From Chiloscyllium plagiosum (lineage: Eukaryota), in contig NC_057719.1 in NCBI RefSeq assembly GCF_004010195.1, positions 53,784,204 to 53,848,203 on the forward strand: 64,000 nucleotides of DNA, in the 5' to 3' direction. Of this stretch, positions 49,471 to 62,429 are shown piece by piece. The first letter of the stretch is position 1, and every line of letters starts with the position of its first letter. Position numbers and translations under genes: made by a program. The notes below the pieces were generated by a model. It saw only the letters and a list, made by a program, of their open reading frames with translations. It did no database searches and was not told the DNA's origin.

Positions 49471-50029
49471 TGATGGGGGACCAACAAGAAGAAAAAAATA
49501 TACTTGACAACACCATGACTAATCTGCCTGGCACAGCTACATTTATCCATGATGGTATTATTGGGAGTGACAACGATGCAGTCCTTGTGGAGTAAATCTC
49601 ATCTTCACACAGTGCATACCTGCATTGTGTTGTGTGATCGAGATAACCAAGTCAAGGCATCTGTGAGCCACATTAGGCATTGGCAGCAGAATTTTTTTAA
49701 GAAATCAGATATCTTACAACCTGGCATAGTGCCATGTGGCATCCAAAGTGTTAAGATTGCTTAGGACAAAATTCCTCGCTCTTCTGCTTTGAAGTCAGTC
49801 CTGTCCAGGCTAGTCATGTGATCAAACTGGTGTTAGAACACTTTCCCCTCCATACTATACTGTTTCCAGTTTTCACTTCAGATGCTTTTTGCTGTTTGTC
49901 TCTAGAAGGTTAAAAAACACTATTAATAAAAATCTAATTACAAAATAAATTGGCAAAATATGTAAAAAAAACAACAGTTATAGATTTTACAGAATAAAAA
50001 GTAAAATTGTGGCTGAAGTGAGTGCAGGA

Positions 50030-51100
50030 GCCTTGCAGTACATGACTGAGGAATTTGTAATGAAAAACATGGAAATGGCAGGTAAATTATCCACATCTGA
50101 TCATGGAAGGTACTCTAAACATCCCAAGGTTAACAGATAAACAAGATACTCATTGGAAGAAAGGTTTTTCAATAGTCTCTGCCATGAGGAACAAAATATT
50201 GGACACATTAATGGGATTGAAGGCAGACAAGTAGCCAGGATGTGATAGTCTGCATTTGAGGGTTTAAAGAAAGTAGCCATAGAGATAGTGGCACTGATCA
50301 AATTATTCTAGAATCCACGGGATTCTGTGTAGGTTCTGACAAATTTAAAAAATCACAAATGTAACATAGCTGTTTCAGAAGGAAGAGGGACAGAAAACTA
50401 TTGGCTGTTTAGTCTTGACTAAATTGTTGGGAAGATGCTAGAATCCATTATTAGGGAAAACATAGCAGGACCTTTACTATTGCCCCCAAAATAGAAGCCC
50501 ACAGTATCAGAAGTAATGCATTACCATGAATTGAGGACTAGTTATGATATGGAAGGTAGAGACAGGACTATAGCATCTTTTATGGGTTGGGTGGACACAA
50601 CTAGTGGAATGCTATAAAGTTCAGTTCTTGGCCTTAGTTATTTACCATCTATATTAGTGACTTGAAGGAAGGGTACAGTCTAATGCATCCAAAGTTACTA
50701 ATGATACAGAAATAGATAAGAGGGCATGTTATGAGGAGAATATAAGGAATTTGGAAGGGACGATAGATGAATCGAGTGAGTGAGCAAAATGTTAGACCAT
50801 AAGGCATAGGAGCAGAAATGAGGCCATTCAGCCCATCAAGTCTGCTCCACCATTCAATCAGAGCTGATAAGTTTCTCAACCCCATTCTCCCGCCTTCTCC
50901 CCATAACCATTGATCCCCTTGACAATCAAGAACCTATCTATCACAGTCTTAAATACATTGTGGCAAATTGGTAGGAAGAATCAAAAAGACAGTCCGTTGC
51001 TTATTTGGAGAGACATCTTGTAGAATAATGGGGTAGGCTTGAGGGACTGAATGGCCTACACTAACTCCTATTTCTTATGCTATTTTGTTCTTATGCTTCT
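50030..51100 (+). mobile_element. Ancient CR1 relic with a nested minus-strand CR1 3' end (50793-50958)
   Basis: Degenerate IVGKMLESIIRE, TSG..SSVLGL.LFTIYISDL and SKVTNDT motifs. Confidence 0.7.
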
Positions 51101-54100
51101 GGTTGTATGGATCTGTCCATCATTGTCACTGCATAGTAAGATTAGGTTTCAACTCAGGCTTTTTTGACTGTACATAAGAGATGCCATCTCCACAATCCAC
51201 CAGACACACATTTCAGTTCCATGTGATCTGACATTATGATCACACAGCTCAATTTTCCACATGGCCAGTAGGTATTCTTGCAGTAAAGAGAATTATTATC
51301 TCTTTACTCCATATAGAGGTCATCAGCAGAATTAATCAATGTGTCCTCCATATCTATATGAAACAGATAAATGAAACATTATTCAGCAAGGCCAATATTT
51401 TAATTTCTTTTCTCACCAAGTAGACAAGCAACAATAGGGCAACTCCATTTGAGCAGATGGCTGAAGAGCATGATGGTTGACTGATAATATCTGTGATCAA
51501 TGTCCCAGGGAATGGAACAATGGTTTACTTGAACTTTAAGTATTTCTATTCTACTTGTTTGCAACAGTATTGTCTCTTTCTTTTGTATTGTTGCTCACCT
51601 AGGATTAAGAACTTATATAGCAGCATAACTAAAAACATTCCAAAACATATTCTCAACTAGCCAATGATAAATTTATGAATGCCAACACCAAACTGTGACA
51701 TGATAATAAATGATCGTATCCAAAACAACAAAGAGCAAAAATCATTCAGTAACATGACCAAATTGTGAATGCAGTACAGAAATGATCAAATTAAGCTGTT
51801 CAGGCTCAAGGTTACTCAGATCAATCTGGAGTAGTAATCTCTCCAGAAACAAAAAAAGTAAAAAATTTAGTATTATACAGAAATTTTTAAAAAGCAGCTA
51901 TCAAAAACAGTGACACATCTAATTTTTTATTAAGCAGAGTAATCAATGTAAGCCCACAAACACTTGAAGTAATGAAGTTATCTGACCTTCTGAACTAATC
52001 AAGATGAGACAGAAATTAATGGACTAAGATTAAAATTGTTAAACCTTTCTCCTGTTTACTGTAAACATTCATATCAAAAGTTAATCTGATGGCATTTTAA
52101 TTATTTATTCAAGGTGCAAGTATTTCAGGCTCCATGTTTAATGTGGTATAAAGATAGATTTCACAATCACCAGGATTACGTTTAGCTCAGATTTTCCAAA
52201 TGTCATAAACTCACCATTCTAACACAGACATATGTTGCTCATGGGAACTCTGAAGAATCCCCATCAGAGCAATTCTGAAGGAATTGTCCAGAAATTGAAG
52301 ATTTTGCTGAACATTTCCACAACTCCTCAAATCCAGAAATCCTTAAATTGGAGAATTTGGAGTGTTATACCTCAGGTCTAAATCTTCTCCTTTGCTCAGA
52401 ATCTGTCATCACTTTCATCTGCACCTGCTCTAGGACCGAACCCCTTTCACTCACCTGGAAGCCAACCCTTTTGCCCCACTCTGGAATTGTTCCACTGTTC
52501 CCCAAGCTGAACCTGGCATAATACCTCTAGCACCCTAACTCCTAATCATTTGGCAGCCTATCCTGCTGGCATTACTTACCAGGTACTGACACCATATCAA
52601 CCTGGCACACAATGGTAACCGATCTTTTACTCATCTAGCACTTTACCATCACACCACCTTAAACTTGTACTTACCTTATGTACTTACTGTTAGACAACCA
52701 CTTTGATAGCTGTTGTCAGTGATTCTGACTTTAATAGAATAGGCAACTGACCACAACAAAATTGGGCATATTTTGTCTTCTGCTAACCGTTCTGCATTAT
52801 GGAAGGACTGTCAGAATGAATGTATGGCTCTGCATTTCTGAAGGAGTCCTGATTGAAATCTCCTATCATGTGGATCGCTCTCCCTTCATTAAAAAAAGAA
52901 GAGTGACAATCTACATGAGATTTCCACTTGTCTGAAAATTCAACCCATTATCTACAGTAACTGTCAGACTTTGTACCAATCATTGCGAAGATCAGGCTAT
53001 CAACTAGGTTAAAAACAATGTAATTTGTCTAGTTTGACATACCTCTCAGGCATTCCATGTTGCATGCAAAACATAACTGTTAAGCTCTAACTTCATAGAC
53101 AGTAATCTGTAAAGACTACTTGTTTTTATTACTTTGCAATCAAAGAGCTGATGTGGCTCCTAAAGGATCATCTGGACTCAATCATTTGAAACTAATGTAT
53201 GTGTTTAGTCCTCATTTTAATTGTCACTGCTCTCGCTTTGGTTCTTTGAAGTTCACAGTAACTGCAAACATTTCTCCAATCCAAAGCTCCTTCTAACATT
53301 GCACTTGAATCTTTTTCCCCTCAGCATGTACTTATCAAATATTCCCAGATTCATCTTGCCATCTAAAGTCTGTTTCCTAAATCCTGGCTGCAACTGACGT
53401 GATTTTTGCCCCAACAGGAGAGGTTATTTCTGCAGCATAAGGTGGGTGTGGATGTCCTAGTATTGAAGAATTTAAAAGACGTTCATAATATACAATCTAT
53501 TATGCAGAAACATTACAATTACAGGTAAATAAGAATCCAGGCAACATTATGTATTTGGATCACAACAGAACTGCACTGAGCAGTTCCAGTAGCATTTCAT
53601 GTTTGGATACCCCAGGATAGATGGGGGACCTCTGTGCTTTCAGGTCAGTGATATGAAATAGTGATGACATAGACATGTCTCAAAGGTATATTGACAGAAA
53701 AATAATACACCACCTGTACTACTTCATTTCCTTTCCCAGTTTCTCAAAATTTGAAGAGGTATATTTTTTATAATAGGAACTTACCATATTAATATATTTC
53801 CAATAATCTATCATCTGATTTTTTACACTTTATCAGTTGTTCATCCTAGCGTTTATATAAGTTTTAAAACAGATACCCTCAGACAAAATATGCCTGAATT
53901 CTTAGCCACTGGCGCAATACAGTTAGAGCTTGTGTGTTTCCTATGACGTTCTCCCACATTTACTCGAACTACCTTCGATATCATTTAGCCTCAGAAGTGT
54001 TCATTCCCAACTTCCATCATCATCTCAAAATTTCCTGCAGCACATCAAAATTCAATTAAATTCAGCAAATTACAAATTTTCTTACTGCTGCATTGCCAAT

Positions 54101-56057
54101 AATAATATCCCTTTTCTATTCTTGATCTCACGCCCCAACTGTTTTGGTGATTATTTTTGCACTTCTCTAGATTGTGCTCTTGCTAAAGTGTCCAATGTTC
54201 CAGAGGATGCACTTCTTGATCAAGCGTAGTAGCATGTAATCACTTTTCTAGATTAAAAAAAATTAAATCATGTTGCATTCGTGTTAAACATACTGTAAAG
54301 GTTTCCTTTGGATCTGAATAACTTCATTGTGTATCAATTCGCTAAATAGGGTTTTTTTCTAAATGTCATGATTGCATCAAAGTATGCAAGTTAAAGCTCT
54401 TAAGAGTGGGAGAACTGGAAAAATAAGTGAAATTAAGGGTTGCATCTTCTTATTGAATGTTAGTGGAATTTGGTGATACTGATTTGGTAGCCCATAACAT
54501 CAAAGCAAATAAAAATTAAAGTACAATAGGGTGCTGGCTTACTTATTTAAAACTATCCAACATACCTCTAATGGTTTATAGTTTTGTATTGCAGATATAA
54601 CTGGAGGAGGCACAAGGAGTGAGATATGGACACTTGGCTGTATCCCTGATTACATTTAAGCACATTCAATAAACTTGAGCACGAGCCTGAAATCATACAG
54701 ACCAATTAAATGACCTGATTTGAAATTGGGCCAATACTGATCCTGACAATGTGTGTAATGTCCATTCTTGGAGAAAAGAAATGACACAGTATAATAATTC
54801 CTATAATAGAAATGCACCTTCTTTACAAAAATTAATTATTTTTTGTTTGTTGCAGCGTTCCTGAATTTTTGGAGTTGTTTGAGTAAACCTGTGTGTTTGT
54901 CAGAGAAAATTGTCTTTCTTCCACTTTGGAACAGGAGAGAAGTATGTTGCATCAAGTGTGGAGGCAGTAATGTCAGTACTTCAACAAGGTGGGAACAGAG
55001 GCTGCACAGGTGGCAAGCTCCAAACCATGCCACCTATTAGGTTGAAACCAACTCTTCCTCATTTCTTGACCATGACTGGAGGCCTTTGGTAAGGCCAGTA
55101 AATGCACGTAACATCCTGTGCATGTCTGTTCACTGCATTTCAGTATTTAACCTACTAAGTCCCCTGGAGTAGTATTTGTCTGCTCTCTCTTGTTTCTTTG
55201 AGCTGGAAAATAAGTCATCCTCTTCCTCTGGCTCAATGACCGGCATATGCTGACACTAACTCTACACTTCTGTGCAAGATAGGTGCACTGTCTGCACTAG
55301 TGGCTCAGAGTGTAATTAAGCGACAAAGCATCTTCATTGCTCCTGTTCTGTTGTTCACGATCTTCTTCTACAGACTGTACTGACTATGCAGATGGCAGTT
55401 ATTGGTAGTCTGAAAGTAGGAAATAAAAGACTGAAGGTTTTTGGGAGGGAAGGGGAATGGGATTTATAGCCACACCATTAGCAGCCAAGTTCATCTGATC
55501 AGATAGTAGGATTATGCTTAACTTGGGGTTGAGTCTTTCAGGAGAAAGTAGCTCGCATCCTCAGACATTGCATACTGTGGGCCCCATTGCAGCTGGTTCC
55601 ATGCTGTCAATGACCATCTCCTCTCTAACACTCAGAAGTTGCAAGTGTCCTTGTTTCATATTGGGTCTGCCTCCTCCCTTCTATTTTGGGTAACCTTACC
55701 CTACGATTGAGGGAAGGAAGTCAGTGATTATGCAGTATTGTTTTTGGGCGATATTTCTGACACAGGTGTAAAGTTGGAGGTATGTGGAAAAAGTGAGCTG
55801 TTCATGTGAGAGGGACAACATTGCTAGGTGTGTGAAGGCAATGTGGCATGTCTATGTTAAGTATTGGCCTGAATGCCCAGTAGTTAACTGGAGTATGGTG
55901 CAGTGGGAAACCAAGAGAGCCAGGAATTGGATGTAAAAATGCCATTTGAAGATACATTCATTAACATTGATTTGGAGATACCGGTGTTGGACTGGGATGT
56001 ACAAAGTTAAAAATCACACAACACCAGGTTATAGTCCAACAGGTTTAATTGGAAGCA

Positions 56058-56092
56058 CACTAGCTTTCAGAGTGCCACTCCTTCATCAGGTG
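56058..56092 (-). ncRNA. Minimal type-I hammerhead ribozyme motif, core intact (family 2)
   Basis: CAC-CUGAUGA-A-GGAG-UGGCA-CUCU-GAAA-GCUA-GUG; AGCU palindrome, CUA cleavage triplet. Confidence 0.78.
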
Positions 56093-56937
56093 AATGTGGA
56101 GGACACAGTTGTAAGACACAGAACTTATAGCAAAAGTTTACAGTGTGATGTAACTGAAATTCAGATGGAGTCCATACACTCATCCTGCACTCAGGATACA
56201 GCAGTACAATTACGTGACATTGCCAAATAGACAAGGTGACAAAACTATACCACTTACATGCACACCAAGAACAAAAAACTGAAGAAACTTGGCATTCTCC
56301 CCAGTAGTAGCAAAGCCCACCCTGGCACCACAGTAGATAACATTATCACTGTGGGGAAGTCTATTATCAACTTATCGGACCACAACCTTCGACCGGAAGA
56401 GATTGAAGTCCTAAGCAGGGGTCGCAACTTCTACCCCACCACCAAAATGGACGTGTTGGTTCTTGCAGCAGACACGGAGGAGTTCATCAGATGAATGAGA
56501 CTCCAGGAATTCTTTTAAAGTGCCAGCAGTAATCCCAATGAGCCCACTGTTGGAACTGGAACAGTCATCACAGGGATCTGTAGAGGAGCGACCAAAGAAG
56601 GTGTCAACTTGGACCCCACCGGAGGGTTGCTGACCTGGGCTTGACATGTATGCTCAAACCGTCAGGAAATATATAGCCTTTGTCGTAGCTATGACAACGG
56701 ATGATTGGGCACCGCACAACAATCAACAGACAGGAGGGTTCCCTCCCAGTGGGGAACACTTCAGTGGTCCAGGACATTCAACCTCAGACCTTCAGGTGAC
56801 CATCCTCCAAGGTGGACTTCGGGACAGGCAGCAGAGAAAAGTGGCCGAGCAGAGGCTGATAGCTAAATTCAGTACCCATAGGGAGGGCCTCAACCGGGAC
56901 CTTCGGTTCATGTCACATTACAGGTGACCACCATTGC

Positions 56938-57193
56938 ACTACACACACACAGATACTCCTATACACACACACACACTCCTATACATACATACACAGACAC
57001 ACATATACAGAGATGCGCACACAGACACCCACACACACACCCTTACAGACACACACACTCCCACACTCTCACATGCACCCTCTCACAGACTTAAGACACT
57101 CTACACTCACTACAAACACATACACTTTCTCACACTCACGACCTCCAACCCAGACAGACAGACACACACAGACAAAGACCCACATGCACACAT
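56938..57193. repeat. Imperfect (CA)-rich tract in the PLE 3' region
   Basis: Runs of CACACA interspersed with GA/TA/CT. Confidence 0.85.
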
Positions 57194-57719
57194 ATATTTT
57201 TGTGGGGTGAATTTGTACTTTTAGGGTTACATTGTACTTTGCTCAAAAAACTGCATGCATTCATGTAGAACTCTGAGCTCAAACACTGCAAGGATTATCT
57301 CACTTTTTAGATTAGAATCAATCTAAACAACATGGCATAGACAGAGAACACAGGGGGCTAAAACCTTCAACATATTGTCTAGCTATCACCATTGTTAACA
57401 GCTAACCTGAGAATGCAACTTTTTAAAAAAAGGTTTTGTGATTTACACATGAAAGAAGTGAAACTGTCATGGTATTCAAACAGGTGAAAGACTTAACAAT
57501 CAATTTTTCAATGTATAATTTCAGTTACATCACACTGTAAATTTTTGCTATAAATTCTGTGTTAGGATTGAGCCCTCCACTACTACCTGATGAAGGAGCA
57601 TCGCTCCAAAAGCTAGTGTGCTTCCAATTAAACCGGTTGGACTATAACCTGGTGTTGTGTGATTTTTAACTTCATTAAACATTGGTCAGCCTTGAAACCA
57701 TTAAACCTTGAAACACTGC

Positions 57720-58240
57720 TGCCTATTTATTAAGTCCAGGTTCCAGGAGTTGATCTTCTTAATGAACTGTTCCTCTCTGCCTCTGAGAATGGTCTTTGGT
57801 GATCCTGGTGGTGGGGTCTGCTCATGGGATCATGGTGTCTCTCCCCATATCGATGTTCACACAATGGTTCTAGTGACATAGCCATTCACGTGGAATACTT
57901 TAGCTGGGCTGGTGTTATCATTAGAAAGACTTTCCGTTGGAGCAACCTTTTTGTGCAGTTTCCCTTTTACGAAGTGTCTGTCTTTAACAAAGAGCAGGCT
58001 GCTATACCATATGGTCTGCAAGAATGCTGAATGGGCCCTATACCAAGTTTTCTGGCAGTGATGAGGGGCATGTCATTTAGGAGGCACAGGAGCTAATGCA
58101 GAAATTATTCAGATGAGATGTGCTGATGAATATTGTGTCATTTTGGTCTGAATGGGCATTGGCATGTCACAATTGACAGCTTCCATGACTAAAAATCAGG
58201 AGTATGAATTTTGCATTCAACATCTTTGGCACAAAGCATA
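57720..58240 (-). mobile_element. Old Harbinger-like nuclease N-terminal relic (tentative; may extend to 54700-55950)
   Basis: Minus strand WYRAHSAFLQT resembles the HARBI1-type YR.H.SFL motif; heavily degraded. Confidence 0.3.
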
Positions 58241-58478
58241 GTGAAAATTAAAACCCAGGATAAATGGTGCCTGATGTCAGTAAGCGGGACAAGCCAGTTT
58301 TGAAGGATAGTATTTCTAACTACTCAGCTTTGATTAAAAGAAAGAAGATAACTGCAGATTTGTACCAAAACTGTTGGTCTTCATATTTATAATAAAATGC
58401 ACTTTTGGTTGAATCTCTCTTCAGATGTAACCATTATATGTGAGACCTCATTTATAAGAGTGTGGGGGAAGAGGGATG

Positions 58479-58855
58479 ATTTGGAGATGCCGGTGTTGGA
58501 CTGGGGTGTACAAAGTTAAAAATCACGCAACACCAGGTTATAGTCCAACAGGTTTAATTGGAAGCTTAGAATACAGTGATAGTTTCACTTCTTTCATGTG
58601 TAAATCACAAAACCTTTTTTTAAAAAGGTTGCATTCTCAGGTTAGCTGTTAACAATGGTGATAGCTAGACAATATGTTGAAGGTGTTAGTCCACTGTGTT
58701 CTCTGTCTATGACCTGATGTTTAGATTGATTCTAATCTAAAAAGTGAGATAACAGAGTTTTACATAACTTCATGCAGTTTTTTAGCTCAGAGTTCTATAT
58801 GAATGTATGCAGTTTTTGAGCAAAGTGCAATGTAACTCTGCAAGTATGAAAAAAA
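58479..58855 (-). mobile_element. Penelope-like terminal fragment (family 2) with hammerhead region deleted
   Basis: 12 bp TSD GGAAGAGGGATG at 58467-58478 and 58856-58867; junction GGAAGC|TTAGAATAC at ~58565. Confidence 0.87.
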
Positions 58856-59339
58856 GGAAGAGGGATGTTGTGGAATATTATTCTAAACAAATCTGCTGAC
58901 ATTTAATAACCAGTCATGCAAGTTTCAAATAAATTTCTCCTTCTTCCAAATATACTATTCTCCTTGGGATTTCCATTTTAATCTTTTGGCTTGTTCACCT
59001 TCTCAGCTGTCTATCACCATCCTTAAAAATGGATAACTGGTTGCTAAAACTTACTTTTGCAGCCAGATCTCTTTCCTCAGTGACTATCTTCATCTGCACC
59101 TTACTCTGTATGGATTCCAACTGAAGTTCTGCCCAGGTTTACAAATATCTCTGAGACATATAATATTGCTGAGACAGCTGTTCTTGCCACATCTTGAGGG
59201 CTACACTCAGTATTATGTGCTGCTACACACACACAAAAGACACACTTACACAGCACTGTCTCATGTTATCTCAAAGCTATCTTGTTCTCACTCCATGTCC
59301 AATAGATTAACAAGAAAGTTTTTCTCTTTCTTTCAGTTT

Positions 59340-59870
59340 AGGAACACCCCTCCAAAATCTCAACAGTATTGATAACACTCTGGATCCTTCTACCTCTCCC
59401 CTTCCCCCTAACTCAATCCCTTCATCTAATCAGATTTCTTGCTATGCATTCACATTAGCATCTGACCTTCCCCTCTCTGATGCTGAATGATCAGAAATCA
59501 GCAAAGGATTTACATTTAATCCCATTATGTCTCCACCCATTAAATTTCACACATGACATGAACACTTCTTCTGTCGTCTTCAACTCTATGCCCATCTTTC
59601 CCTGCCACACGGACTTTCAGCCATCTCCAAATTTCATCTGGACCCCTCCCTCTGACATTTTGCCTGTATTTGATGCCTTCATTGAGAACTATCAACGTGA
59701 CATCAACCTTCTTTATTTTTCTGCTCCCCCCACACACTCTAACTCTGAACCTACTGCTCTCCATTCTCTCGTATCATGAGTATCATCAAACTTGCCAGTC
59801 AGAGTGGCATGGCTGTCATCTGCTCAGGCTGACCTCTACCTGGCAGAAGCTGAGCATTAACTCTCAGAAA
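59340..59870 (+). mobile_element. Old Penelope-like ORF, N-terminal part (continues at 61723-62120)
   Basis: LPLSDAE*SEISKGFTF, WTPPSDILPVFDAFIENYQRDI and ADLYLAEAEH; resumes after the CR1 as SSYLTPDNDLTTEH...LLPKIHKQDCLG. Confidence 0.75.
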
Positions 59871-59927
59871 TGATTAGGATTCGGCGCTTTCACCGCCGTG
59901 GCCCGGGTTCGATTCCCGGTCAAGGAA
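59871..59927 (+). tRNA. 5'-truncated tRNA-Glu(TTC) retrocopy (pseudogene)
   Basis: TAGGATT-CGGCG-CTTTCAC-CGCCG-TGGC-CCGGG-TTCGATT-CCCGG-TCAAGGAA: perfect anticodon stem (TTC at 59889-59891) and T arm; 5' acceptor strand missing; no CCA. Confidence 0.9.
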
Positions 59928-59933
59928 TGGATG

Positions 59934-61722
59934 TTTGAAGTTCTAAATTGGAGAAAGGCCAATTTTGACGGTAGTAGGCAAGGACTTTCGAAAGCTGATT
60001 AGAGGTAGATGTTCGCAAGTAAAGGGACAGCTGGAAANNNNNNNNNNNNNNNNNNNNNNNNNNNNNNNNNNNNNNNNNNNNNNNNNNNNNNNNNNNNNNN
60101 NNNTTGGCAAATAGGATTAAGGAGAATCGAAAGGGTTTTTACAAATATATTAAGGACAAAATGGTAACTAGGGAGAGAATAGGGCCCCTCAAAGATCAAC
60201 AAGGCGGCCTTTGTGTGGAGCCACAGAAAATGGGGGAGATACTAAATGAATATTTTGCATCAGTATTTACTGTGGAAAAGGATATGGAAGATATAGACTA
60301 TAGGGACATAGATGGTGACATCTTGCAAAATGTCTGTATTACAGAGGAGAAGTGCTGGATGTCTTGAAATGGTTAAAAGTGAATAAATTCCCAGGACCTG
60401 ATCAGGTGTACCAGAGAACCCTATGGGAAGCTAGAGAAGTGATTGCCTGGCCTCTTGCTAAGATATTTTTATCATCAATAGTCACAGGTGAGGTGCCGGA
60501 AGACTGGAGGTTGGCAAACGTGGTGCCACTGTTTAAGAAGGGCGGTAAAGACAAGCCAGGGAGCTATAAACCGGTGAGTCTGACCTCGGTGGTGGGCAAG
60601 TTGTCGGAGGGAATCCTGAGGGACAGGATGTACGTGTATTTGGAAAGGCAAGAACTGATTCAGGATAGTCAACATGGCTTTGTGCATGGGAAATCATGTC
60701 TCACAAACTCAATTGAGTTTTTTGAAGAAGTAACAAAGAAGATTGATGAGGTCAGATCGGTAGACTTGTCGATATGGACTTCAGTAAGGCATTCGACAAA
60801 GTTTCCCATGGGAGACTGATTATCAAGGTTAGATCTCATGGAATACAGGGAGAACTCGCCATCTGGATACAGAACTGGCTCAAAGGTAGAAGACAGAGGG
60901 TGGTGGTGGAGAGTTGTTTTTCAGACTGGAGGCCTGTGACCAGTGGAGTGCCACAAGGATCAGTGCTAGGTCCTCTACTTTTTGTCATTTACATAAATGA
61001 TTTGGATGCGAGCATAAGAGGTACAGTGAGTAAGTTCGCAGATGACACCAAAATTGGAGGTGTAGTGGACAGCGAAGAGGGTTACCGCAGATTACAGAAG
61101 GATCTGGACCAGATGGGCCAATGGGCTGAGAAGTGGCAGATGGAGGTTAATTCAGATAAATGCGAGGTGCTGCATTTTGGGAAAGCAAANNNNNNNNNNN
61201 GTCTCCTTCTTATCGGAAAGATGTTGTGAAACTTGAAAGGGTTCAGAAAAGATTTACAAGGATTTTGCCAGGGTTGGAGGATCTGAGCTACAGGGAGAGG
61301 CTGAACAGGCTGGGGCTGTTTTCTCTGGAGCGTCGGAGGCCGAGGGATGACCTTATAGTGGTTTACAAAATCATGAGGGGCATGGATAGGATAAATAGAC
61401 AAGTCTTTTGCCTGGGGTCGGGGAGTCCAGAACTAGAGGGCATAGGTTTAGGGTGAGTGGGGAAAGATATAAAAGAGAATTAAGGGACAACGTTTTCATG
61501 CAGAGGGTGGTACATGTATGGAATGAGCTGCCAGAGGATGTGGTGGAGGCTGGTACACTTGCAACATTTAAGAGGCATTTGGATGGGTATATGAATAGGA
61601 AGGGTTTGGAAGGATATGGGCCGGGTGCTGGCAGGTGGGACTAGATTGGGTTGGTGTATCTGGTCGGCATGGATGGGTTGGACCAAAGGGTCTGTTTCCA
61701 TGCTGTACATCTCTATGACTCT
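59934..61722 (+). mobile_element. CR1 LINE, 5'-truncated ORF2 (RT) and 3' tail, two N gaps
   Basis: EVLNWRKANFD, ILNEYFASVFT, PEDWRLANVVPLFKKG, SQHGF, DFSKAFDKV, GVPQGSVLGP, FADDTK; tail CTCTATGACTCT. Confidence 0.96.
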
Positions 61723-62429
61723 ATCTCCTCCTATCTCACCCCAGATAATGACCTCACCACTGAACATTGGGTTGTAGTTTCCAGGTCTATCACGGGTTTC
61801 ATCTTTACTGAAGATTTTCCAACTGCTTCTCACTACTTCCCCAACTACACATAGCCTTATCGACCTCCTCCCCAAGATCCACAAACAGGATTGCCTTGGT
61901 ATACAATGTCAGTTTAGTCCTGCCCCTCTGAATGCATTTTTTTCTATTTTGTCTCTATTTTTCTCCTATTGTTCAATCCCTCCACACTTACATTTTAGAT
62001 TCTTCCAACACTTTATGTTGGTTCCACAATTTCCAGTTTTCTAATCCTCCACCATGAATGTGTAATCCATCTACACACCCATTGCTTGCTGCAATGTTTC
62101 AATGGAGCACAACACCAGTTCAGTGAATAACACCTTACTTTCCATTTAGACACTTTACAGCCTCGAGAACTCAATACTGAATTGCATAACATCAGAAACT
62201 GACTGTGTTTGGCCATTTTTCTTACGTTCTCTCCCCCTCCCCTCCACAGTCGTGTCTTGTTTGTGGCTTGTTTACTTTGCTTTTAGTAGAGAGGACACAT
62301 TGTCTTCCTTTTTACACCTTAACTTACACCCATTTGACATCTCTTTACCACCACTAATAACATCTTTGTCTGTTGCATCTGCCTCCTTGCTCCTCCTCTG
62401 CTTCTGTCAGAAAGAATTACAGCACACAC

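Larger units (their letters stand above)
55970..57670 (+). mobile_element. Penelope-like element (family 2), internally deleted, with inverted 5' terminus
   Basis: SIINLSDHNLRPEEIEVLSRGRNFYPT (N-terminal), GEHFSGPGHS...AEQRLIAKFSTHREGLNRD (GIY-YIG C-terminal), CA-rich 3' region; TSD TTCATTA(A)ACATTG at 55957-55969 and 57671-57684. Confidence 0.92.

Noticed and set aside
56934..57224. His/Thr-rich ORFs
   Set aside because: They are translations of the CA-rich tract in the PLE 3' region.
59871..59927. Functional tRNA-Glu gene
   Set aside because: The 5' acceptor strand and most of the D arm/A box are missing.
61190..61200. Apparent ~230-bp deletion in CR1 RT
   Set aside because: It coincides with an N gap, so it is probably an undersized assembly gap.
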